Source: a virus. From it: a stretch of DNA of 64,000 nt. Every line of letters starts with the position of its first letter. Position 1 is the first letter of the stretch. Positions 56,348 through 64,000 of this stretch are shown here, piece after piece. Location: positions 15,867-79,866 of the IMG/VR virus record IMGVR_UViG_3300036851_000098; one strand, 5' to 3'. The notes beneath the pieces are model-generated. The model was not told where the DNA came from, did no database searches, and saw only the letters and a program-made list of their open reading frames with translations. Both the position numbers and the translations under genes were made by a program.

Positions 56348-59300
56348 TGCCGAGTATTGACGAACGCGTAGTCTCAATGGCGTTTGAGAATCAGGTTTTC
56401 GAGCAGCGTGTGTCGATAACGATGAACACGCTGTCTAAGCTGGATACGGCCGTCAAGAATCTGGGCAACACCTCCGGATTCGAGAATATCGAGAAGGCAG
56501 CTAACAAAGTCACTCTCGAAGGTCCCATGTCGGCTCTGGAAAAGCTCAAAGCTAGACTGAGTCGTTCTGGAGAAGGCGCCGAAGCGCTTGGAGAGATTGA
56601 CAAGGCGGGTAACAAGGTCACACTTGAGGGTCCAGTTCAGGCGCTTGACAAGGTTCAGGGAAAGATGGATCAGCTTAATGCTGGTTCAACTTTTACAGAT
56701 ATTGAGAAGGCTGCAGGAAGAGTTGAGCTTCGTGGGTTACATCATGCGATAGATAGTGTCACTGCCAAGTTCAGTGTTCTTCAGGGTGCTGCCACCGTTG
56801 CATTGGGTAACATTACCTCTCAGGCAGTACTAAAGGGCGGAGCGTTTGCCAAGTCGTTCTCCTTTGGTCCGATTCAGCAAGGTCTCGAGGAGTATTCGAC
56901 CAATCTTGGTTCGATCCAGACGATTCTGGCCAACACCGAGGGGCAGCAAGTCACCGGTCTGAAGAACGTCAACAAATATCTTGGTCAGCTGAACGATTAT
57001 TCCGATCAGACAATTTACAACTTTGGCCAGATGGCCAAGAATATCGGTACCTTCACGGCTGCCGGTGTAGATCTTCCGAAATCAGTCGAGTCGATTAAGG
57101 GTATTGCCAACTTGGCGGCCCTCTCTGGCTCAAACTCGCAGCAAGCTGCCACAGCCATGTATCAGCTGTCTCAGGCTATTGCCTCAGGTAAGGTTGGTCT
57201 GCAAGACTGGAACTCAGTGGTCAATGCTGGTATGGGTGGCGCCGTGTTCCAGAAGGCGCTTCTGCGTACAGCAGATAATATGGGGGCTATTGAGAAGGGC
57301 GCTCTCAAGATCGATAAGGCCACGGGCAAGGCGACTGTCAACGGACAGTCATTCCGCGAGTCGATCATGGCCAGGCCTGGCGAACAATCTTGGCTTACCT
57401 CCGATGTTCTTACCAAGACGTTGGGCCAGTTTACCGGCGATTTGACGGATGCCCAGCTGGCTGCAGAGGGATTCAACGCAGAACAGATCAAGGCCATTCA
57501 GGCAACCGCCAAGAGTGCTAAGAATGCTGCTACTGAGGTCAAGACGCTTCCGCAAGTCTTCGATATTGCTCGGGAGACGATCGGTTCTGGTTGGGCTAAG
57601 ACTTTTCAGAACATATTTGGCGATTTCGGTGAATCCAAGAAGACATTCACAGAAATGTCGAACTTCATCAACGGGTTCATCAATAGGGCCTCCGATGCTC
57701 GTAACAAGATGTTGGAGGATTGGAAGAAGCTTGGCGGTCGTGCTGAGTTGATTGAAGGGGTCAAGACAGCTTTCGAAGCGCTGATGAGCGTGGTCAAGCC
57801 GATCAAGGATGCCTTCCGGGATATCTTCCCACCGCAGACAGGTAAGACTCTCTTTGATCTGACTGTCAAGTTCCGCGATTTCATGCAGAGCCTCAAGATC
57901 GGTCCTGAGACTGCAGATGGTCTTCGAAGGACCTTTAGAGGCTTCTTCGCTGCTCTCCATATTGGCTGGACCATTGTTAAGCAGGTCGTAGGGGTCTTCG
58001 CCGACCTCTTTGGTGTGCTTGGAAAGGGCTCCGGCGGTTTCCTGAACTTCACAGGAAGTATCGGCGATTTCGTTGTGTCTCTTGACGAAGCCATCAGCAA
58101 GGGTGGAGCACTCAACGGATTCTTTGCAGGCTTGAAGGCTGTTCTCGAAGTTCCAGTCAGTCTTCTGGGAGCTTTGGCGGATCTTCTTGGCGGTTTGTTT
58201 GGTGGGCCTGAGGCGGACAACGCCAACAAGTTTGGCGACTCTATGGACAACGTGGGTAAGTCACTCAAGCCTGTCAGTGGAATTCTCGATAGTCTCAAGG
58301 AAGCTTGGGACGGGTTTTTGGATCTGTTGGGGAGAATTGGCTCAGCTGTTTCGCCGCTTCTCACTGATATTGCCGAAGAGATCTCAAATTTCGCAAATCT
58401 TATCAAGAATGCAATCCAGAATGCCGATTGGGATAGTGTATTCACAGCTCTACAAGCTACTTTCATTGGCGGAATCTTCCTGACGATCAAGAAAGCGATC
58501 GGCGGAGGAGTTAAGGATATTGGTGGAGGAGTTCTCGGCAATATCAATGACATGCTGGGAGCTTTCACCGGCAATTTGCAGGCTATGCAAAACAAACTTA
58601 ACGCGCAAGCACTGTTAGCTATTGCTGCGTCCATTGCGGTTCTCGCTGCGGGTATATTTGTCCTTTCCACGATCGACGGAGATAAGCTTGCAAAGGCCAT
58701 GACGGCAACTGCTGTTGGTCTTGCTCAGCTTGTTGGCGCGCTGAAGTTCCTGGCCGCAGGCACAGGTAAGGCTGGAATCTTACTTCTTCCGGTTATGGCC
58801 GCAGGTTTGATTGGTGTTGCTACAGCATCGCTTATTTTGGCCGGAGCTGTGAAGATATTCTCCACTATGGATTGGGAAGAGCTTGCTCAGGGGCTTGCTG
58901 GTCTGGGCGGAGCTTTGGCCGCGGTTGGGCTTGGTGTCAAGCTAATTGGCCCTGGCATCCTCCCGGCAGCTGTAGCCATGATTCCTCTAGCCATTGGTCT
59001 GAATATTCTTGCCGTCGCGGTACGACAGTTCTCCAGTATCAAATGGGAAGATCTGATTAAGGGTCTTGTGGGTGTTGGTGGAGCTCTGGTGGCCGTTGCT
59101 CTTGGTATGACTCTCATGCCTCCGACGATGATTGTCACCGGTGTTGGCCTGGTTGCTGTGGCTGCGGGGCTCACCCTGCTTTCTGCAGCCGTCGCCACTT
59201 TTGGAAGCCTGAAACCAGAGAAGCTCATTCAAGGAATCCTTGGAATTGCAGGGACTTTGGGTGTTCTTGCCCTTGCTGTTTCTGCCATGCCACCTACAAT

Positions 59301-62169
59301 GGCTCTATCGGCAGCTGGGCTGGTCGTCGTAGGTGTCGCTCTGACTACTATCGCAGGCGCTGTTGCTCTATTCGGATCGATGGATATGGGACAGTTGGCC
59401 AAGGGTATTGCCGCAATTGCCGGAGTGCTTGTGGTTCTAGCAGCTGGCCTAACTGCAATGACATTGACCCTTCCGGGGTCAGCCGCGTTGCTGGCTGCGG
59501 CAGCTGCCTTTGCCGTTCTTGGCCCGACCTTGGCCTTCATGGGTACGCTCGAATGGAAGACCATAGCCAAGGGTCTCGCGGTCATTGCCCTATCTCTGGG
59601 TACACTTGCTGTCGTTGGTGTGGCAGCAGCAGTTCCGTTGACAGCACTTGGCGCCGCTTTAGCTGTACTTGGTCTGGGTATGCTTTCTATTTCGGCGGCA
59701 GCGTATCTCTTGGCCAAGGCGTTTGCTCTTCTGGGCGACGTTGGCACCAAGGGCGTCACCACATTGCTCGTAGCGCTTACGGCGTTTATTGCCATATTGC
59801 CGACGATTGTCATCAGCTTTATCAAGGGGTTAGTGGAGATTGTTGAGGGTATAGCGAAGATCGCCCCACAGGCTACGGTGGCTCTAGGAAAGGTTCTAGG
59901 TACGATCATCCAATTCGTTGTCGATCAGGCACCGAAGTTGGCTTTGGCTGTCTCAGCATTGCTCAAGGCGTTCATTGATGTCATAAATACGAACGCTGGT
60001 CCGATAATCAACGCCGGACTCAATTTAATCAAGAATCTGCTTAGTGGGATAGCAAATAACATTGAGCCGATCGTTCAGACAGCAGCTACGATCATCACTA
60101 GGTTCCTTGAGGCGCTGTCGACTAAGTTCCCGCAAATTATCGCTGCGGGGGCAAAGGCAGTTGTTAGTTTCCTTACTGGAATCGCAAACCAAGCCCCGAA
60201 AATTCTTGCCGCAGCTGGAAAGCTAGTAGTCAAGTTCCTTGAAGGCATTACGCAACAGGTGCCCAAGGTAATTGCTTCGGCAGCCAAGCTTATTGGTACA
60301 TGGCTAACTGCCATCGCTAATGAGTTGCCTAAGGTGCTCAAGGCTGGTGTGAACATTATTATTAAGTTCATCGCTGGTATTGGCGATGCTATTCCCAGGA
60401 TCGTTAAGGAAGGTACTCGAGTTGTTCGTAAGTTCCTGAGTGCCATCGCTGAGGCGATTCCGGATCTGGTTGATGCGGGATTCAAGGCCGTCATCAAATT
60501 CCTAAATGGTATCGAACGAGCAATTCGACAGAATACTGACGAGTTGATCGATGCTGGCTTCGGTATTGCCGATGCCATCGTCGATGGTATGGTTAAGGGT
60601 TTTGAGGAATTGGGCCACAGAGTTTGGAAAGCTGCAGATAAGCTTGCGCTTGGTATCCCTGGCACGGTCAAGAAGGCTCTGGACATTCTTTCACCATCTA
60701 AGGTGATGTGGGGTCTTGGTCGATGGACTGCGTTAGGTTTGGCTTGGGGTATTCGAGATAACGCGAAGGCTCCAGTTGATGCAGTTACCGCCACAGTCAA
60801 CGGTATGGTCGCTGAACTCAAAAAGATTCGTGGACCTAATAATCCATCTGAGCTCACAAAGCAGATCGGTAAAGATATTTCAACTGGATTTGCCAAGGGG
60901 CTTACCGGTTCGGAATCTGAGATTAGGAACGCGTTCTCTGATTTGAGAAGTAACCTGAACGACCAAATCAAGGAAACTAGAGCGCAGGTCAAGGCCGATA
61001 AGGAGGCTCTGGAACAGGAGCTTGCCAAGAAGCAGAAGGATCAAGATCCTCAAGCGATCAACGACCTTCGTGCGGCAATCTCGTTGAACACTGCCGATCT
61101 GGCCAAGATGGCGACTACTCGTCGTTTTCTTAACCAGGGGCTCAAGGAGGAGCGCGCGCAGTTGCTCAGTCTTTCCAGTTCGTACAAGAAGATATCCGAG
61201 CGATTGGAGACGGCCAAGGAGGCGCTCAAGGCTATCATCGCAGAGCGTGATCAAGCGGCAAAGGCGTTTACCGATAAATACGCGGTTACACCAACCATAT
61301 CCGAAGACACGTCTCTCGAAGATTACAACAAGCAGCTACAAGAACGAATTGCCGCTGTCCAGAAATATCATGCCACGCTTCAGGCGTTGCGTGCTGCTGG
61401 ACTCGACGATACGACATATCGGCAGCTCCTCGAGCAAGGTACTGAGGGGCAGAAATTTGCCGATCAGTTGCTAGCTGCTGGTAAGCCTGCGATTGAGCAG
61501 ATTGGTGCATTGGATAAGGAACTCCAAACTGCAGCCAAGACGCTCGGCGACGCTGCAGCAGAGAATCTATATGCCGCAGGCATCAAGGCTGCAGATGGTC
61601 TTGTGAAGGGGCTCAGGGCGCAGAAGAAGAGTCTCAAGAAGCTCATGCATGAGCTCGCTAAAGAGATGATCAATGCGCTTAAGGAGAAGCTGCAGATCAA
61701 GTCGCCATCCAGGGTGTTCGAGGAAATTGGTCAGCTCGTCAACAAGGGTCTCGCTAGCGGTTTGGAGGAGACCACTGCTGCTACCAGAGCAGCAGAACAG
61801 CTCGGAGAAAATCTGAGATCGGCGATGTCAGAAGCCCTCGCGGGCACTATAGACGCTAATCCAGTTATATCTCCGGTGCTAGATCTCACACAAGTGGAGC
61901 AGAAGGCCGGGGAACTGGCCGGAATGCTTCCGGATCCTACACTCTCCGCGGCTACGTCCACGGATCAAGCAGGGCGAGTATCGAATCAGATGGCTGCGCT
62001 GCAAGAGGCGGCTCAGGCCGCTCTGGAAGCTCAGACAACGCCTGCTCCATCCATTAAGTTGGAGCAGAATAACTACTCGCCGGATCCGCTATCCAATATC
62101 GAGATCTATCGACAGACGAACAACCAGATGTCGCTCCTCAAGAGCGCACTTGGGATTCCAACAACATAA
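56347..62169 (+). CDS. tape measure protein
   Basis: 1940 aa; IDERVV.M.F.N..F; LN.YSD.TIYNF.QM..NIG.FTAAG; long Ala/Gly/Leu helical repeats. Confidence 0.93.
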   Translation: MPSIDERVVSMAFENQVFEQRVSITMNTLSKLDTAVKNLGNTSGFENIEKAANKVTLEGPMSALEKLKARLSRSGEGAEALGEIDKAGNKVTLEGPVQALDKVQGKMDQLNAGSTFTDIEKAAGRVELRGLHHAIDSVTAKFSVLQGAATVALGNITSQAVLKGGAFAKSFSFGPIQQGLEEYSTNLGSIQTILANTEGQQVTGLKNVNKYLGQLNDYSDQTIYNFGQMAKNIGTFTAAGVDLPKSVESIKGIANLAALSGSNSQQAATAMYQLSQAIASGKVGLQDWNSVVNAGMGGAVFQKALLRTADNMGAIEKGALKIDKATGKATVNGQSFRESIMARPGEQSWLTSDVLTKTLGQFTGDLTDAQLAAEGFNAEQIKAIQATAKSAKNAATEVKTLPQVFDIARETIGSGWAKTFQNIFGDFGESKKTFTEMSNFINGFINRASDARNKMLEDWKKLGGRAELIEGVKTAFEALMSVVKPIKDAFRDIFPPQTGKTLFDLTVKFRDFMQSLKIGPETADGLRRTFRGFFAALHIGWTIVKQVVGVFADLFGVLGKGSGGFLNFTGSIGDFVVSLDEAISKGGALNGFFAGLKAVLEVPVSLLGALADLLGGLFGGPEADNANKFGDSMDNVGKSLKPVSGILDSLKEAWDGFLDLLGRIGSAVSPLLTDIAEEISNFANLIKNAIQNADWDSVFTALQATFIGGIFLTIKKAIGGGVKDIGGGVLGNINDMLGAFTGNLQAMQNKLNAQALLAIAASIAVLAAGIFVLSTIDGDKLAKAMTATAVGLAQLVGALKFLAAGTGKAGILLLPVMAAGLIGVATASLILAGAVKIFSTMDWEELAQGLAGLGGALAAVGLGVKLIGPGILPAAVAMIPLAIGLNILAVAVRQFSSIKWEDLIKGLVGVGGALVAVALGMTLMPPTMIVTGVGLVAVAAGLTLLSAAVATFGSLKPEKLIQGILGIAGTLGVLALAVSAMPPTMALSAAGLVVVGVALTTIAGAVALFGSMDMGQLAKGIAAIAGVLVVLAAGLTAMTLTLPGSAALLAAAAAFAVLGPTLAFMGTLEWKTIAKGLAVIALSLGTLAVVGVAAAVPLTALGAALAVLGLGMLSISAAAYLLAKAFALLGDVGTKGVTTLLVALTAFIAILPTIVISFIKGLVEIVEGIAKIAPQATVALGKVLGTIIQFVVDQAPKLALAVSALLKAFIDVINTNAGPIINAGLNLIKNLLSGIANNIEPIVQTAATIITRFLEALSTKFPQIIAAGAKAVVSFLTGIANQAPKILAAAGKLVVKFLEGITQQVPKVIASAAKLIGTWLTAIANELPKVLKAGVNIIIKFIAGIGDAIPRIVKEGTRVVRKFLSAIAEAIPDLVDAGFKAVIKFLNGIERAIRQNTDELIDAGFGIADAIVDGMVKGFEELGHRVWKAADKLALGIPGTVKKALDILSPSKVMWGLGRWTALGLAWGIRDNAKAPVDAVTATVNGMVAELKKIRGPNNPSELTKQIGKDISTGFAKGLTGSESEIRNAFSDLRSNLNDQIKETRAQVKADKEALEQELAKKQKDQDPQAINDLRAAISLNTADLAKMATTRRFLNQGLKEERAQLLSLSSSYKKISERLETAKEALKAIIAERDQAAKAFTDKYAVTPTISEDTSLEDYNKQLQERIAAVQKYHATLQALRAAGLDDTTYRQLLEQGTEGQKFADQLLAAGKPAIEQIGALDKELQTAAKTLGDAAAENLYAAGIKAADGLVKGLRAQKKSLKKLMHELAKEMINALKEKLQIKSPSRVFEEIGQLVNKGLASGLEETTAATRAAEQLGENLRSAMSEALAGTIDANPVISPVLDLTQVEQKAGELAGMLPDPTLSAATSTDQAGRVSNQMAALQEAAQAALEAQTTPAPSIKLEQNNYSPDPLSNIEIYRQTNNQMSLLKSALGIPTT

Positions 62170-62173
62170 AACG

Positions 62174-62240
62174 CTTGGCCGGGTCCTGTAAGAGAGAATG
62201 ATATTGTTCCTCCCTGGCATCCCGCGGGACCCGGCCGAGT
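62174..62240 (+). other. long intergenic hairpin
   Basis: cttggccgggtcc/ggacccggccgag stem between tape measure and distal tail genes. Confidence 0.55.
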
Positions 62241-62266
62241 AATACCCAAGAAAGGAGGCATGAAGC

Positions 62267-63148
62267 TTGATCACTCAGATGGAAGCTAGTAATACACAGC
62301 CTGATATCCCAGAGCTTCCTCTGGGTGGTTTCGTGCCGGGTAGTTCTGCTGCAATTCAGGTCCGCAGCATAGAGGGTTTGGGGCCGGTCAAAGGAGCCGT
62401 TTCGTCCACTCCGTACGCTACGGGTCGAGGCGCACTGTTCCAGGGTATCGCGATCGAGACTCGAAATATCGTTCTTACCTTGGGTCTAAACCCGGACTGG
62501 GAAGATCAGTCCATGACGTCACTTCGGCGTTTGCTATACCGATATTTCATGACTGGTCTGTGGGTCCGACTTCGCTTCCTATGTGACGATATGGATCCGG
62601 TGTATATCAACGGTATCTCTGAGTCGTTTGAGCCCAATATATTCGCTCAAGATCCTGAAATCCAGGTTTCGATCATCTGCAACAAACCAGATTTCATCGA
62701 TGAAGCTACTACGCTGATCGAGAGTGAAACCCTCGATATTGCTTCAGTAGACTTCAACGGTATCACATACGAATCAATGACAGATCCAAATATTACGGAT
62801 CTCGATTACATAGGGACTGCCCCTGCGGGCTTCGAGGTAATCATCGAGGAACCCTATACGGGTACCCTAGCTTTCGTTAACGCCACCCCAGATGGTGTGC
62901 AATATTTGGAGATGGAAGCAGTTGTCATCGACGGAATTCAACGTTTCCACTTGAACACCGTGCGAAGCACACGATATGTGCGCAACGTCAACATAATTAC
63001 TGGTGCTGCTGTCAATATTTTAGCAAAGATGACCAAGGAGTCTGACTGGCCGGAGTTCAGCCCTGGAGCAAACCGGTTCGCCGTATATTCCACGGGGGGC
63101 GGTCTCGCATGGACCTTGGGCTACCTCGTTCGGTACGGTGGTCTCTAG
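62267..63148 (+). CDS. distal tail (Dit-like) protein
   Basis: I.GLGPVK, RNIVLTL, R..LY.YF, E.NIF...P..Q.SIIC..P.F, PG.N.F. Confidence 0.78.
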   Translation: MITQMEASNTQPDIPELPLGGFVPGSSAAIQVRSIEGLGPVKGAVSSTPYATGRGALFQGIAIETRNIVLTLGLNPDWEDQSMTSLRRLLYRYFMTGLWVRLRFLCDDMDPVYINGISESFEPNIFAQDPEIQVSIICNKPDFIDEATTLIESETLDIASVDFNGITYESMTDPNITDLDYIGTAPAGFEVIIEEPYTGTLAFVNATPDGVQYLEMEAVVIDGIQRFHLNTVRSTRYVRNVNIITGAAVNILAKMTKESDWPEFSPGANRFAVYSTGGGLAWTLGYLVRYGGL

Positions 63149-64000
63149 ATGGAACTTTACACCCTTACGAGTAAGTTCCTCCCAAAAGAACGAGTCAACG
63201 ACTTCACCTCTGCCATTTGGACGGAGAGATATTTCACAGCTGGTGACGTTCAGCTAGTCGTTGCGCCTACGCCAAAGAACATCGAGATGCTCAAGCCGGG
63301 CACGTTTCTTTGGAGGCGTGGCGGTAAAGAGGTCATGTACCTTGATACGCATGAGATTAAGGACAATCTCCTAACCGTCACCGGATATTCCGTTCTGAAG
63401 TTCCTAAACGAACGACAGATTTGGTACACAAATCCAGATTATACCGGGGCTGACCCAAGTGTGGCCGCGTATGGGGAGCTGACTTCTGATGTTTTGACGG
63501 CTGGGGCTCTCATTTCCCAAGCTGTGAATCAGATGGTCATCTCCGCTTCAGCATATGGCGCTCCTTGGAATACAATCAATCTGGATTGGACTGCAGATGA
63601 TTTTCCAGGTCTTACCTTGGGCCCTATCGATACAAATGGACCTGTTGAGCGATTCTCAATCCCTAACGGACCATTATTCGATGGGATTCAAAGGTTGGCC
63701 CAAGATGAGGGCGTAGGACTCAAGCTATATCTGCAGTCGGCGAGCTATGACTCCGGATTTGTATTTAAGTTCGCCACTTATCGGGGCAAGGATCGTACGA
63801 GCGACAACCCTAATCCGTTGATGCTGGTCCGGCTTACACCCAAGATGGACGCTCTGACAGATGTTCAAGAACTTCGATCCATCGCGAATTACAAGAACGT
63901 CTTCTATGTCCAGTATCGAAACGAGATCACCACGCACTACATCACGGGCGTCGGTGTTCCTACGGGTTTTAACCGGCGAACGATGCTGATTCAAGCACCG
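63149..64000 (+). CDS. minor tail protein (Gp37-like), truncated by window end
   Basis: MELYTL...F.SAIWTERY..AGD.QL; frame appears open to the window end. Confidence 0.75.
   Translation, partial: MELYTLTSKFLPKERVNDFTSAIWTERYFTAGDVQLVVAPTPKNIEMLKPGTFLWRRGGKEVMYLDTHEIKDNLLTVTGYSVLKFLNERQIWYTNPDYTGADPSVAAYGELTSDVLTAGALISQAVNQMVISASAYGAPWNTINLDWTADDFPGLTLGPIDTNGPVERFSIPNGPLFDGIQRLAQDEGVGLKLYLQSASYDSGFVFKFATYRGKDRTSDNPNPLMLVRLTPKMDALTDVQELRSIANYKNVFYVQYRNEITTHYITGVGVPTGFNRRTMLIQAP

Larger units (their letters stand above)
1..64000 (+). mobile_element. Tailed dsDNA bacteriophage genome segment (siphovirus-type, probably actinobacterial host)
   Basis: Terminase, portal, capsid, tail, tape measure, polymerase and helicase genes, all co-oriented; no host housekeeping operons or integrase in the window. 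Confidence 0.97.

Noticed and set aside
57349-61028. Several 200-360 aa minus-strand ORFs within the tape measure gene
   Set aside because: Antisense shadows with Ser/Pro/Ala-biased composition; the genome is unidirectional

Overview
The whole 64 kb is part of one tailed dsDNA phage genome (siphovirus-type), with essentially every credible gene on the + strand and no integrase or repressor visible. The layout runs: replication block (1285-aa SF3 helicase/primase/family-B polymerase fusion, SSB); a long accessory region of small genes (mIHF, CsrA, ArsR- and PadR-like regulators, an orphan Phd/YefM antitoxin, Rpf-like transglycosylase, HAD phosphatase, SF2 helicase); an iteron-rich palindromic origin candidate at about 26.1-26.5 kb; nucleases; a 954-aa single-chain two-barrel (YonO/QDE-1-like, GADFDGD) RNA polymerase; a probable genome-end region at about 32.6-32.9 kb; then cell-wall enzymes, a sigma factor, and the virion genes (fibres, terminase, portal, protease-capsid fusion, tail, tape measure). 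The host is probably a high-GC actinobacterium, plausibly Thermoleophilia (inference). Three observations stand out. (1) A cluster of three roughly 480-590 nt and one roughly 150 nt highly base-paired non-coding elements at 10.6-14.1 kb, each ending in helix+CATAT. (2) The two-barrel RNAP carries the same L-x-H/YG(V/I)K...WG tag as several head-associated proteins, suggesting a capsid-loading and processing system, and one decayed fossil copy of the tag is present. (3) A phage-specific promoter consensus drives promoter-gene-terminator cassettes, two of them empty. All family calls come from motif recognition by eye; no searches or folding programs were run.
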